This document shows, one piece after another, positions 13,301 to 26,549 of a stretch of 64,000 nucleotides of DNA. The position numbers and the translations under genes were made by a program. This stretch comes from Monocercomonoides exilis PA203 (Eukaryota > Protista > Preaxostyla): assembly GCA_001643675.2 (NCBI GenBank), contig LSRY02000065.1:248001-312000 (forward strand), written 5' to 3'. The notes beneath the pieces were generated by a model. It saw only the letters and a program-made list of their open reading frames with translations. It made no database searches and was not told the DNA's origin. The stretch's first letter is position 1. Each line of letters opens with the position of its first letter.

Positions 13301-14731
13301 GCTTTTGTTTTTTCAGAACACAATTGTGGATCTGCAATCACTCCATATGTGTACGATATAACATTATACGATTAAAGCAATTTTAACATTGATTCCGAAA
13401 ATCCATTCACTGAATCCTGAACCACAAACACAGATGACAGAACCTGTTCCAAACACACAATTATATAAATACAAGTGACTGAACATATGATCAACATTTA
13501 AAAAAAATAGACTGAAGGATGATACAAATTATATCTCTGTGAGTGGAAATGATAATTTAGAACAATGTGAGGCAAGCTCAACATTTACATGCAATACAGT
13601 GAGAAAGCGTTAAAGAAGTGTGATGCATAAATAAGCTTGAAGATCACGCCAATGGAAGGGGATCATCAGAGCGAGACGATAATGACTGAGATGGAGGCAA
13701 AAAAGAATTCAGTCATTGAGAAAAAGAAAGAAGCACTTTGTTTTATATACTTGAAAAGAGCTGCATAGAGGAATGAAATATTGCGAAAGTGTGAGTTCTG
13801 TCAAAAATTCAACAGAAGAAAAAGTGCAAGAATTTTAAAAGATTTGCGAAAGAAAGAATAAATTTGTAACAAAGCAAAAGTTTCAATGATTATTTCTTTG
13901 GGATAATTCAAAGAACGATTTGTCAAAAACAATTCAAAAGATTACCACTGAAAGCAAACAATCGGAATTGATGGATGCTCCAAAAAATACTTTGCAAAAC
14001 TAAGCACAAAGAAAAAAGGATTCAAAAGGTCTCATTGAAGATGTATTTGAATGAATCAGAGCGAAAGGATGTTTGAAAATATAAACAGAATATGTGAAAA
14101 ACCAACATTCGAAATGCTCAATGAAAGTTATGTTTCGAGAATCTCACCAATTTCAATTGAACTGTTGAATCAACGATTACATTCTCATCTTCTTCTCTAT
14201 CCTCCTGTCTTTCATCTTCATTTCCTTTGCATCCTTGTTTCTCCAAAAACCTCTTGTCTCTTCGTCTTTCCATTTTTTTTCGGTTGAAAGGAGCAGAACA
14301 GGATTATTCAATCATCAGAAAATAAGACTCCATTCCCTTTCCCTTTGCTATGAACCTGACATGGATATGGGTGATTCTTTTTGAAAAGTCACAAATGTTT
14401 AATTTTCGAATAAATCTCAAATTTCATATTTTGCTCAAATTTCTGTTTCAGCTCGCAAATCTCCTCAAGAATGTTTGAAATAACATTATCAAGAAATAGA
14501 TTCTATTTCAGTGAAGTTTGATATTTGTTAACAAAATATTTAGCAAAATATGAAATTTCTGAAGTATTAGAAAATTAAACATTTGTGACTTTTCAAAAAG
14601 AATCACCCATATGATTGTGTGGTTATGCCAGAAGACACCAAATATATCTGTCTTCTTTTTTTGCTGAAGTTTGTTCTTCATGATTTCTTCACTATCCACT
14701 GTCGCAACAAATGCTAAAAATAATCATTGGG

Positions 14732-16010
14732 TCAACTTTTTAATGGGACTTTTTCCCAAATTTGCACTTTTTTTGTTTTTGACTTCCAACAACCGAAAAA
14801 CGCTGGATGACTTTCAGCACTTTATAAATCCTTTTTAACCAGTTTTATTCTATTTATTTACTGTTTTCTTTTCAGTTTTTGTTTTTTGCACATCGAGAAA
14901 TCTCGTTTTTTTGCTAAATTTAATAGGACTTTTTCTAGCCAACCTGTCAACTCACAAGAAATTGATGAGTTGTTTTGAATGGCATAAACTATAATCTAAC
15001 TATTTTTAAATTCATTTTTTTCACAAACACTTTTTTCTTGTTTTTTTCACATTTCATTTATTTTAACAACATGCAAACATAAAACTGATTGTTTCTTTAT
15101 TAATATGGGGTAAAATATTTTGCTTCAAGCATTTTCATTGAAAAATTATGCACTTTTTATTAAATTTTTGATTACAAAAAATATTATAAAAATGAGTTCA
15201 TTTTTTGACATTCGTGTAATGTTGGAAAACTTTATGTTTTGATTTCAACGATGCCTGTTTACGGATATGAAAATTAAAATTATTTTGAAATCTGAGAAAG
15301 TTTTGTAATGTCATAAGAAAAACAATTATTTCATGCTTTGTGCATAAAAAGCTTGAAAGTCTGTATTTTCCCCCATATAATGAAATAATAAAATTGAAAA
15401 TATGATATGCAAAACTTGCACTTTATTAATGAAATGTTGTAAAAATAAAACGAAGGTTTATTTCTTCTATAAAGAATTTATCAAAATAACAACAATGTGA
15501 TCTCAGATCATCATAGTTTGATTCCGTTTACCCTAAAAAGACAAATAGAAAAAAATTGATGTTTTTTTATAAACAACATATCATCATAAGAGTATTTATT
15601 TTTCATAACATATTTTTAATTTTATTATTTTATTATATTAATAAAGAAACAATCAGTTTTATGTTTGCATGTTGTTAAAATAAATGAAATGTGAAAAAAA
15701 CAAGAAAAAAGTGTTTGTGAAAAAAATGAATTTAAAAATAGTTAGATTATAGTTTATGCCATTCAAAACAACTCATCAATTTCTTGTGAGTTGACAGGTT
15801 GGCTAGAAAAAGTCCTATTAAATTTAGCAAAAAAACGAGATTTCTCGATGTGCAAAAAACAAAAACTGAAAAGAAAACAGTAAATAAATAGAATAAAACT
15901 GGTTAAAAAGGATTTATAAAGTGCTGAAAGTCATCCAGCGTTTTTCGGTTGTTGGAAGTCAAAAACAAAAAAAGTGCAAATTTGGGAAAAAGTCCCATTA
16001 AAAAAGTTGA
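14732..16010. mobile_element. Non-autonomous long-TIR element or inverted duplication: near-identical arms of about 375 bp around a 528-bp spacer
   Basis: 14732-15106 is the reverse complement of 15635-16010; the only difference noticed is one base in a homopolymer. No coding capacity and no clear TSD. Confidence 0.85.
15107..15374. mobile_element. Degenerate MITE-like element nested in the spacer
   Basis: Starts GGGGTAAAATA..TTCAAGC..TTATGCAC and ends GTGCATAA..GCTTGAA..TATTTTCCCCC, an imperfect inverted match. Confidence 0.4.
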
Positions 16011-16879
16011 AGCGTCGTGAAAAATATATATTCAGGCTTTAATATCTGCCGTTTGTTAAAATTATATTCTCGCTTCTTCATTGTCTTCCTATAAAAAGAA
16101 TAAATAAATTTTTTATATAAATCGTCTGAATCACAATTTCGAAGAGGACACAGATGGAAATATCTTCGCAATATGTAGAAAAATATAAAAAAAAAAAATA
16201 CAAACGAAAATTTTCATTCTAAAATATGATCGTCGTATCCTCTTGACCGTTCAAAAGTTATGAAAATCACAGAATTTATGCATATCCATTTGTTTCCCAA
16301 TTTTTATATTTTTATCAGTTCCATTCTCATTGCATTGCTCTCTCAAGCGGAGATTGTCTATTTCAACAATAAGTCGGATTCTTGAGAATTCGAAAGGATT
16401 CAAATAACAATATCTTCGCAAACAACAGAACAATACAAATTGCATTTATTCATATAATTCCATTCAAAATAAAAATCGTTATATTTCCTTTAACAACGAA
16501 TCTCAATTATTCAAAAGATGGAATTTCAATATCAATGCATTGTCACAGTTGTCAACAGCCATCATTGGAAATAATGCTTCTAATTCTGTGAAAAATGTTC
16601 ATTTATTGAACTCTCATTTTGTTAATCTGTATTTCTTTTGAAATATGTATTGATCAAAACATCCATAACAACAAAGAGAAAGAACAAAGAATTCATTTTC
16701 TTTGAAATTACAAGTCGAAAATGTTATCGAAAGATAGAATGGTTTGAATGCATATATTTCTTTCATCTTTTGCGAGATAAAATTTCTCATTCGTTATCTT
16801 CTGCCCAATCATTTGAATTTTCATTGTGAATATCAAAATGGCATTGTTTTCTTGTTCAATTTTTTATAAAAAAATCTGT

Positions 16880-18311
16880 ATGTTGGAGACAGACAACACA
16901 AAAACGTTCACAGGTTTGCAATTGCAGTTGCATTTGAACTCTGGCTTATTGTATTTCTTTCTTTCTTTTTTTTTATTTTTTAGAATTGTTTTCTGAGCTG
17001 GAGCATTACGATGAAGATAAACAGAGAAAGAAAATTGGAGAAACGAATGAAATAATTGATGGAATGAACGAAGAAGAATTCGAATCTGTTTTCACAGAAG
17101 AACCATTCAACAAAATGCACGAAATGATTGAAGAAAAGAAAATGTCAATGGAGAATGCAATTTTGCTGCTGAAGCATGCTGGATATAGCAATGTGCTGAA
17201 AAACGTGTGGGATCCATGCTTTAATTTGTCTTCGCTGGGCAAAAAATTTAAAAAGATGGCAGAAGAAGAGGAGAAGAAGGAAAAAGAAAAGAACAAAAGG
17301 CTTTTGATTGATCTTTGCGAATGCCATATTTTTCTAAGCTGCAGCTTCACACCCGAATTGCTTTCGATTTGTGTACCTTGCCTTCTGAATGTCGCCTTGA
17401 ATAAAGAGGAAAATGAGGAAATACAGAAAGAAGTGGATCTGGCTTTGCAACCTTTGAGCAACATTAAATATAGGGCATGGGCATTTCTTTTTTGTTTCAG
17501 TACAATTAATATTTTAATTTTTCTTCACTTTTTGTAAAACAGAATTTTAAAAAAGAACTTTTCTTCAATGAAATCAAAGAGATTATCAAACATCATCAGG
17601 AACATCACAATCTGACGCAACTTGCCTATCAATCAGCTTGGCAGTTTTTAATTGACCGATTTTTCAAAGATAAAGACTTGGAAATAGTTATTGTGAATGA
17701 ACTGCATTTAGCGAGAGAAGCAGCAAGAGAACTGGAAGAGTTGATGAAATGTATCGATTGGAAGAAGAAAGAAGAGGAAATGAGCAAAGAAGAAGCGAAA
17801 GAAGAATTTGCATTAATGAGACGGGCCAAAACATGTGCAATTTATTTTCAATGTTGCACATTGTGGAATGAAGAATTTGTTAAATTTATCAATAGCATTG
17901 TTCAGGTATATCGAGCAGCGAAGGATAATCATAGAGGAATTAGCGATTGGTGCATTTATTCCTTGAGAAATGCAGCGAAAAATAGAGTTGCGAAGGTTGA
18001 AGACTTGTTGAAAAGTGGTGCTATTGATGCTGTTTTGGAGGAGATTCAGCAGTCAACATTTAAAGACAAAATATTACGAAAATACTTCCATTTCTTTATG
18101 AATATTTCGGAAAGATTGAAAGAAATAATAGATGATGAAGTGGAAGAAGCAAAAAGAAAAGAAGTTAAAAAGAAGTCATTTGAAAAGATGGAAGAAAACG
18201 GAAAGCGAAGACTTTATCACTAGCTTTCATGAAATACCGACTGATTTGGAAGATAAGTCAATATTTTTGTGGCTGTCAAAATGCTCATCAGATTATCTTT
18301 GGAGTCGGTGA
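16880..18311 (+). pseudogene. Lineage-specific multicopy helical (ARM-like) orphan family member, copy 1; frameshift near the 3' end
   Basis: ATG 16880, intron to about 16984, ELFSELEHYDEDKQRKKI..VPCLLNVALNKEENEEIQKEV..KVEDLLKSGAIDAVLEEI. Collinear with the 19381-20773 copy. One extra base near 18205 diverts the EDFITSFHE C-terminus. Confidence 0.7.
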
Positions 18312-19380
18312 AGCGAATGTTCAACACATTTCCATTCATCTCATCTCATCTCAGAAAAGAAGGAAATATGAAGAAGATGAAGAGGAAAACGAGATGAAGA
18401 AGCAGATGGCTGAAAATGAACCAAAAACAAATAAGAAAAGAAAAGAAGAGAAAAGAGAATGGAAAAGATTTCGTTCTGAAGCAACATTTTCAGTTGAACA
18501 CGAAGAATATTCAAAAAAAATTGAATGTTCTTCATTCATTTCATTCAATCTTCTCATTCTCATCTTCCACTTCGCTTCACTCACACACTCTCCCTCCCTC
18601 ATTCAAACATTCACACAGCATCTGTCTTCATTTCAACATTTGAAATCTTCCTTTTCTTCTTCTTCTTCTTCTTCATTCGTTTCGACAAAGAAGACAGCAC
18701 ACAACTCAGATGAATTGGGATTGAGTCACTTTCAGATGATGGATGGAATGGAAATGAAGGTCAATGAAACAAAAATTTAAGGAACTTCAATTGAAGATTT
18801 CTGAGCAAAAGAAAAAAGAAAGGGAGAGAGTGAGAAAGTGAGAAAGAAGAAGAGAAAGAAAGAAAAGGAGAGAGAATTCCATCAAGATGAACTTTTTTAG
18901 TCAAGCAGTTTTTGAATAAGGATTTCATTCTTCCTTATCGACAGATAAGTTGCTGTTATGTTTTGCGCACAAGATGTTGACAATTTGATTCTTCAACAAA
19001 CATTTCTTCTTTGATGCTCTTGAATTTTTCTCGAGAAATACCATTTCATTCTTCTCCTTCGCCTTCTCTTGTACATTGAAAATTTTATCAGAAAGAGATA
19101 AGCAAAGGAGACCAGAGGCTTACAGAGGCAATAACTGAACAATTGAACACATCGTTATAAAAACGAATCTTATTGAAAATGATTGAGTGCAGTTATCTAT
19201 TCAACGAAGATTCTTGATGGAACAAATTGAAAAGAATTTCTTATTTTTCATTTTTTCAGAACAAGGTTTGAAAATACATCATTTAAATTATCCAATTTAT
19301 TTTATCTCTTGCTGAGAAATAAATAATAGAGAAAAGATAATTCAATTTAAGAGTTTCAATTTTTATTGAAAAAAATTTTC

Positions 19381-20773
19381 TCAAATGTTCACAAAATATT
19401 CAGATGCATCTAATGACATTCTTGGATAAAATATTCTTTTGAAAAAATCAAATCCTTTGTGAAAGCTAGCTATGACATCTTCGCATCCTTCTTCTTCCAT
19501 CTTTTCGAATATCTTTCTTTTCAACTCTTTTCGTTCAGTTTCGTCCGTTTCTCCATCGGTCTTTCCTTTCAATCTTCTTGAAATATTCAAAAAGAAATAA
19601 TAACAATTCATTATCAAATCATCATCCAAAGTTGATTGATTCATTTCCTCCAAAAAGATATCAATAGCTCCGCTTTTCAATAAGCCATCAATTTTCACAT
19701 TTCTCTTTTCTTATGCACGTCTAAGTGAACCGAGACATCCATTGCAAATATCTTTGTGATTGTCCTTTGCTGCTTGAAACATATCCACAATGCTGTAGAT
19801 AAGTTCTTCCCATTCCATGCAACACAAGGTGCACCATTCAAAGCAATAACCAATAACAAAGAACCATCTCCAGATAACAAGTGCTTCCTTCACTTCCTTT
19901 CCTCTTTCTTCTTCTTTTCTCTTCCAATCCACACTCTTCGACAACTCTTCCAGTTCTTTTGATTCTTCTCTCACAAAATGCAATTCGTTCACAATCACTT
20001 CTTTCCAGCTTTCGTAATTGAAATATCTATCAATCAAAAATTTCCAAGAAGATTGATAGGCAAGATGAGTGAGGTTTCGATATTCCTGTTGATTTTGGAT
20101 AATCTCTTTGATTTCATTGATGAAAAATTCTTTTTCAATTTTCTAATTAAAATCATTAAAAAATGACATCAAAAAAGAAATAGAAGTGTTCAGACTTGAC
20201 ACCCTGGAATGTTACTCAACGCTAGCAATGCCATTTCCACTTCCTTTTGTGCTTCCTTGTTTTCCTCTTTGTTTGATGCCACGTTCAGAAGAAGAGGCAC
20301 ACAAATTGAAATTAGTCCTTCAGAAACCGCATTGTTGAGCAGAAAATTGCACTCGCAGAGACCAACAAGAAGTTTTTCGTTCCTTCCTTCATTCTTTTTT
20401 TCTTCTTCAATTATCATCATTTCCAATCTTGTGTACAGGAAAGAATCTTGAAAGTTAACATTCCTTGCAATTTTAAGTACTTTGCAATATCCCATATGTT
20501 TCAACATCAAAATCGAATCTTTCAAAGAAATTTTTTTTTCTTCGATCATATCGTGTATTTCATCAAACATTCCAATTTTGAAAACGTATTCAAGTTCGTT
20601 TGAATTCATTTCATTCAATGTCCGATTTATTTCTTCGATTTTTTGTTTTTTCCCATCATCATTGCAAAGCTCCAGCCCAGAAAACGATTCTTCAAAAAAA
20701 AAAAACCATCAAGAAATCAAATGCAACTGCATTGAAAACCTTTGAACTTTATTGTATTATTCGTCTCCTGCAT
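19381..20773 (-). pseudogene. Same orphan family, copy 2; in-frame TAA at 19713-19711
   Basis: MQETNNTIKFK|..VPLLLNVASNKEENKEAQKEVEMALLALSNI..LRRA*EKRNVKIDGLLKSGAID. Same two intron positions as copy 1; ORFs 19711-20037 and 19381-19698 are in the same frame. Confidence 0.75.
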
Positions 20774-21974
20774 TTTCGTAAGCACGTTGCATTCAGAAAA
20801 CAACAACATTTTCACATTCACATTAAATTCGCATTTGTTTGGATTGAAGAAATTAGAGGTGAAAAAAATTAGAATCTGTTAAGAAATTATAAACTGTAAT
20901 ATCATTCGATTCAAAATAAGTGTCCTCTGCAAGATATAACTGTTATAAAAAATGTTTGATCTTTTTATATTATTTGTATTGGTTCCAATGATCAAATTTT
21001 TTATTACGTTTTCTCCATCCTCATAAATATCAAATTTGAAATTCAATTTCATTCATATTTTCTATTCTTGTTTTTTGAGCAGTGCAGATAAATGAGCGCA
21101 ATGAAAATTAATGAACGAACAATATTTCTAATCTGATGCAAACGAAAACTGTTGGTGACAAGTTCCAAAAGCCGCTGCTCAGGATGAAGGTGTGAAAGTG
21201 GGATAATTTTGGTTTATTCATGGCCAAACACACTCAATTTTGAGGTTTGAAAAAATCGCTTTTGTTTTACGGTTTTTTATATTTCTTACCAAACCATTAA
21301 AAATTCGGAAATAGACATGTTTGGTTGAAAAAAGGCATCTTAATTGGATAATAAAAGAATTTTTTTTAAAACTGCTTTATGTTGAAAGAAAATAGGAAAA
21401 TCTTGGATAGATTGCGCTCCATTGAAAAAAATCATCATTGCCGATGGAATTATACATCAAAGCTGGCATTTATAGAGGTTCGGAATGTTTGCATATGTTT
21501 TCATTGGTATTTTTGAATCGATTTTATTTTTCAGACTGCTTGAAACACGAAAGATCAGAGAGTTTTTGAAAAGAATTGGAAAAGTTAAGATGGATGCAGA
21601 AAGGAAAGTGAGAGAAAAGGCAAGAGCGCAAAGATTAAAGAAGAGCAAAATATTGCACGTTATTTGATATTGGGTTTTAGGGAAGAATATTTTTGAGGAA
21701 ATATGATTTGAAGGAAAGAAGGGAAAGTTTGAAACGGAAGAGATGGAATAAAATAAGGAAAAGAGGGATTTTCATATTGTTTTTGATTTTTTTGTTGGAA
21801 AGAGAAAGAGGGTTAAGTTGAAAGTGTGTAAAATTCAAAGACTACTCCTCGCTTGAAGAATACGCAGAAACAAAAGATTAAAGCTCAAAGATTTGAATTT
21901 CACAATAATTCTCTTTTTATTTGTTGTTCCTTTCCACAAATTCGATTTTCAATCATTTTATCATCATCGTCAAT

Positions 21975-22425
21975 TTCTTCTTCTTCTTCTTCTTCTTCCT
22001 CCTCCTCCTCCTCCTCCTCCTCCTCTTCTTCTTCTTCTTCTTCTTCTTCATTTTCTTTTTCGTCTTCATCTTCTTCATCTTCTATTCATTCTTCTCCTTC
22101 TCCTTCTTCTTCTTCTTCTGCATCATCATCTTCTTCTTCCTTTTCTGTTTCCTCTGCGCGATCATTGTGAAGCAGTAGCAGACATATGAGCAGAGAAGAG
22201 CGGAGTGAATGGGGAATATTTGGAGTTGAGCTGAAGATGAACTTTGCAGAAGTAAAGCACCAGTGAAGAGAGAAGAAAAAGAAAAAGAAGAAGAAAAAGA
22301 AGAAGAAGTAAAAGGAAAAGGAGAAGGAGAAGAAGGAGAAGAAGGAGAAGGAGAAGGAGAAGGAGAAGGAGAAGGAGAAGGAGAAGGAGAAGGAGAAGGA
22401 GAAGGAGAAGGAGAAGGAGAAGGAA
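21975..22425. repeat. Low-complexity (TCT/TCC)n tracts and a (GAAGGA)n hexamer array
   Basis: Direct reading; hexamer run at about 22318-22425. Confidence 0.85.
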
Positions 22426-23342
22426 ACACATTTCCAGCAAAAATGCAACTTGAGCTGAAATTTCTCTGAGAATAGCACTCGACGAAATAAAAACTATTTT
22501 AAAGAATGGAAAAAGGATTTGAAAAAAAGGAAAATAAAAATAAATTGTTTTGTATTTCTTTTAATAATTCCTTAAAAGAACACACGCCTACCCTTTTCAA
22601 TGCAAATATTGAAGATTGTTCAATCACTGAAGCTGTCAGTCTCCTTTTCCATTGTTTCACAGTGCTCCTTTCTCCATCATCCTTTTTTCCCAATAAACAT
22701 CCAACTTTTAATGTTGTCTTCCACTTTCTTTGTCAGAAAAAATATCTCTTCATTTTTCCTCTTCAAGAGCCGTCCTATTGTTGTTATTCCTTTTCACTCT
22801 CATCCAAATGCTTTTTAATTTTATTCATTTTCTTCCACTTTCTTTGACTGAAAAGAAACATTTTCATTCCAAATACCGTCTTGTTGTTGGCATTCTTTTT
22901 TGAAGGGAAAAAAAATTTCCATTCGAATCAGCGGGGAAAAAAATATTAATTAAAATAATTTCTGTTTTCTTTTTGAAAGGTTATTGAAATAAACAACAAA
23001 TCTTTGATAATAGCTCATCACACAGGATTTGATTTTGCATTTTCTTCAAAACCATGTTTGTTGAAGCTTCAACGAGGAAGATTGACTTTTTTAACAAGAA
23101 TTTTCTGAAATAATTGAAAATGATGAGTTCTGTTGATGGAATGGAGGATTGAACGCTCAACAGAGCTGTGACAATAAAAATGCTCCAGATTTTCTGATTT
23201 TAAAAATGCATTAATTGTTTCCAATTTTTTTTTCAAGAAACATTCACATATGAAAATTGCTTTTAAATGTAATTCATGTGATTGAAATTTTGTGTAATAT
23301 AAAATTCGATCAAAAGATATTGATTGAAGTCATCTTTAAAGA

Positions 23343-25853
23343 ATGTTTTTGGGATTGTTTCTTTTGCAAATTGTATTATCGACTTACGCACAAGAAGAAT
23401 CATCTGAATCAATTACAACGGTGTTTGTTAAGCAAAGCGGGAATAATGACTATAGCGGATTGGCAATCGATCAGGAAAAGCAATCACTGAAAAGTGCCTA
23501 CGGTTTACTGGACGTTAATAATGCATGTGACATGAAAATAGTTTACGATGCAAATCCATTGACTGCAGAAGCGATAACCTTCGAAAAGAACAAAGGAATT
23601 ACGATCGAAGGAGTGAATGGTGATGGAAGTGGAAACACTGAAGTGACAATTAATTGTGATGTGCGTCCAGGAAGTGATCTGTTTTCATGCAAAGAAGCAG
23701 TGGAATTCAAATATTTGGTTTTTCTTTTTCCAACAACATTAAGAAAAGAGGGACAAGGATACGGGGAATATTTTTTAATAAGCAGTCGTTCAGCATCTTT
23801 GTCAATAAGTAACTGCAGATTTATTCGACCAGAAGCTGGAAGCGACAATGTTAATTATGGTCTTCTGTACGTATATGAAGGATCATTGACTTTGGAATCT
23901 GTTGAATGTGCAGACGAAGAAAATACATTTACAACGGGAAGAGATTTGTTTTCGATTAGTGAATGTGAAACTGTGATATTGTCTAATTTGACTTTGAATA
24001 AGATTGAGACAACATCCTATTCTATTATAAATGTATCCAGTTCAAATATAATTGATGTTACTTTGAATGGGAGCACTTTTTCAGAGTTAAAATGTTATCA
24101 TTCAGTTTTATTTGTTGGATCAAATCATGACAGCAGCACGTTTTCGGTTGGAGATGGAGGTGCAACAACGTTTTCATCATGCAGTTGTGATGATTTTGAA
24201 GGCTCTGGAGGAATGTATCTACGAATGCTAGCAATTGAATCAGCAAGTAAACTTAAGTGGCCCGAAGACGGAAGGAATCTTATATTTGACAAATGCACAG
24301 CTGGAAAAGGATCGTGGGAGACTGGACTATCATTGATGATGGCGAATGACTCATTATTCGAAGAAATAGCAGCGGCAATGAAGAGAAGTTTCGCAGCCAA
24401 TTATACGAGGAAGGACAATTTTATGTTCGTTATGGGATTCATTGAAGATAGCTATAACTCTTACCCTTTTGTTGTATATTATTTTGATCAATCTGGAAAA
24501 TTATTTGTAAAGAACGAAGGAGAAGGAAACGGATTTTCAAGTGATGATCCCTTGTATTCATTGAAGTTTGCATGTGAGAATATAAATTTAATTACTTGCA
24601 CCGACGGATACTACGTGGAGATTGTGAAAGATGACAGTCCATTGACAGGTGAAGAAATGACAATTAGCAACGAAAAGGGAATAACCATTGAAGGAGTGAA
24701 TGACAATGGAGAGGGAAATACTGAAGTTGCCATTAATTGTGATGTTAGCGCATCGTCTGCTTTATTTACATGCGAACAAAAGGTGGAATTCAAGTCTTTG
24801 GCGTTCAACTTTCCTGCTTCTGGAAAAAAATGGAATTCTTTGATTTTTGGAAATGAAAGGTCAGAATCACTTTCGATCAGCAATTGCCGATTTGTCAGAG
24901 CTGGAGCCAAATCGCTAGAGAAAATGACTGCAAATGCAGATGGGGATGATGTTGTTGTTGGCAGTCTTGTGAGTGTTGATGGCGGGAAAGTTGCAATGAA
25001 CACAGTTTCATGCGCAGATAGCAGCAACACAGTTTCGTTTTCTTCATCGCCATTTTCTTTGGGCGGTGTGAGTTCGGCTTCGTTGAATGGAGTGGAGATC
25101 AGCAATGTTAATGTTCAAAATGGAGCAGCGATTGCGATTAAGAATGAAGGTAGCACGCCTTCAGAAGTTAGCATTGAAGGGCTGAGCATGAATGGAGTGA
25201 ATTCAGAAAATGGAAAAGTGGCTGGGTTGGAGATTTTTTTGAGTTCGAACGAATCTTCAGTGGCAATTGGAAGAAACAACAAATGTTTATTCAAGTCGTG
25301 TTCAGCATCAAAGGGGAAATCAGGAGCAATATTAATTGAAATGCCAAAGACGAAATCGAATCTTCAGCTTCCATCTGCGAACAACCTGGAAATAGACAGC
25401 TCAAACACAGCTGACTCAAAGTCAACTTCTCTATTCATCATTGCACCAGATTTAGATGAGTTCTGCAAACAGGAAGATGCATTTGAGTTTGCAAATGATT
25501 ATGACAATTCAACAGCGGGCTGGATTGTGGGAGCAAAAGACACGGAATCAGATCCGGAGGATGCGCACAAAAAATACATGAAAGCGAAGCAAGATCGAAT
25601 CGATGAACAAATCAGAGAGCAAGAGAGAGAGCGAGAGAGAGAGCGAGAGCGAGAACGAGAGAGAGAGCGAGCGAGAGAGAGAGAGCAAAAAGAAAAGAAA
25701 AGAAGGATTATTGCTATTGTTGTACCTATAGTTGTTGTCGTCGTTGTTGTTGCTGTAGTTGTGGTTGTAATTGTTATTGTGGTTGTCAAGAAAAAGAAGG
25801 CCAAAAGCAAGAAAGACGAGGGCAAAGAACAAGAAATGAGCACCCAAGAGTAG
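23343..25853 (+). CDS. Intronless type I membrane surface protein (836 aa) with two pectin-lyase/beta-helix-like repeats
   Basis: Signal peptide MFLGLFLLQIVLSTYA; duplicated module (KGITIEGVNGDGSGNTEVTINCDV and KGITIEGVNDNGEGNTEVAINCDV); (ER)n stalk; Val/Ile TM helix; short basic tail. Confidence 0.9.
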   Translation: MFLGLFLLQIVLSTYAQEESSESITTVFVKQSGNNDYSGLAIDQEKQSLKSAYGLLDVNNACDMKIVYDANPLTAEAITFEKNKGITIEGVNGDGSGNTEVTINCDVRPGSDLFSCKEAVEFKYLVFLFPTTLRKEGQGYGEYFLISSRSASLSISNCRFIRPEAGSDNVNYGLLYVYEGSLTLESVECADEENTFTTGRDLFSISECETVILSNLTLNKIETTSYSIINVSSSNIIDVTLNGSTFSELKCYHSVLFVGSNHDSSTFSVGDGGATTFSSCSCDDFEGSGGMYLRMLAIESASKLKWPEDGRNLIFDKCTAGKGSWETGLSLMMANDSLFEEIAAAMKRSFAANYTRKDNFMFVMGFIEDSYNSYPFVVYYFDQSGKLFVKNEGEGNGFSSDDPLYSLKFACENINLITCTDGYYVEIVKDDSPLTGEEMTISNEKGITIEGVNDNGEGNTEVAINCDVSASSALFTCEQKVEFKSLAFNFPASGKKWNSLIFGNERSESLSISNCRFVRAGAKSLEKMTANADGDDVVVGSLVSVDGGKVAMNTVSCADSSNTVSFSSSPFSLGGVSSASLNGVEISNVNVQNGAAIAIKNEGSTPSEVSIEGLSMNGVNSENGKVAGLEIFLSSNESSVAIGRNNKCLFKSCSASKGKSGAILIEMPKTKSNLQLPSANNLEIDSSNTADSKSTSLFIIAPDLDEFCKQEDAFEFANDYDNSTAGWIVGAKDTESDPEDAHKKYMKAKQDRIDEQIREQERERERERERERERERAREREQKEKKRRIIAIVVPIVVVVVVVAVVVVVIVIVVVKKKKAKSKKDEGKEQEMSTQE

Positions 25854-26549
25854 AATTGAGATTTCCAATTCTTTCAAAGCAACTTAACTTTATTTTAATT
25901 TCATATAACATATATTTGTGAATTAAATAGTTTTTTTAGTCTTTTTTTTAGTCTTTTTTTTTTTTTAAATTAATAGCATTGAAAATGTGATTAATAGTTG
26001 AAATGTGATTCACAGATTTATTTAATTTCGCACACAAATTGTTATTCATCCTCATTTTTTTTCCCGTCAAATTCAATAATCTTCATTGTTTTCGAAATCT
26101 TTTCCAAAATTCAAATTTTCTTCAATTATTTTTTTATTGTTGAATAATCTAAGAAATTTGACAATATCGAACAATATAATAATTTTATGAATTTTTATTT
26201 TTTGTTTGTAAGTGTGAAACTGCAAAAATAAAAAATGGGGTATTAAAACATTTTTTGAAATTATTCACATACGCTCAGGACAAAAAGGACATAAGTCAAA
26301 AACAGAAACAGTCATATCGAATAAAATCAACTTGGCATCTGTGACATGAAAAGAGAAATTTGAAAAAATAAAAGAATATGAGTGATAAGATTTTGAGAAT
26401 ATATCAAAAATGGGTTTTATTTTTCAGTTTGACATTTTTATATCACAAAAAAAATTAATTTGAAATACTTTATCAAACAATTTAAACTAAAAAAAAAATC
26501 AAAATTGTCATTTTGAAGATCAAACTCCCAACAATTATTTTTTTAATTA

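Noticed and set aside
18229-18780. 183-aa ORF downstream of orphan copy 1
   Set aside because: Low complexity, overlaps the frameshifted tail of the upstream gene, and has no recognisable domain.
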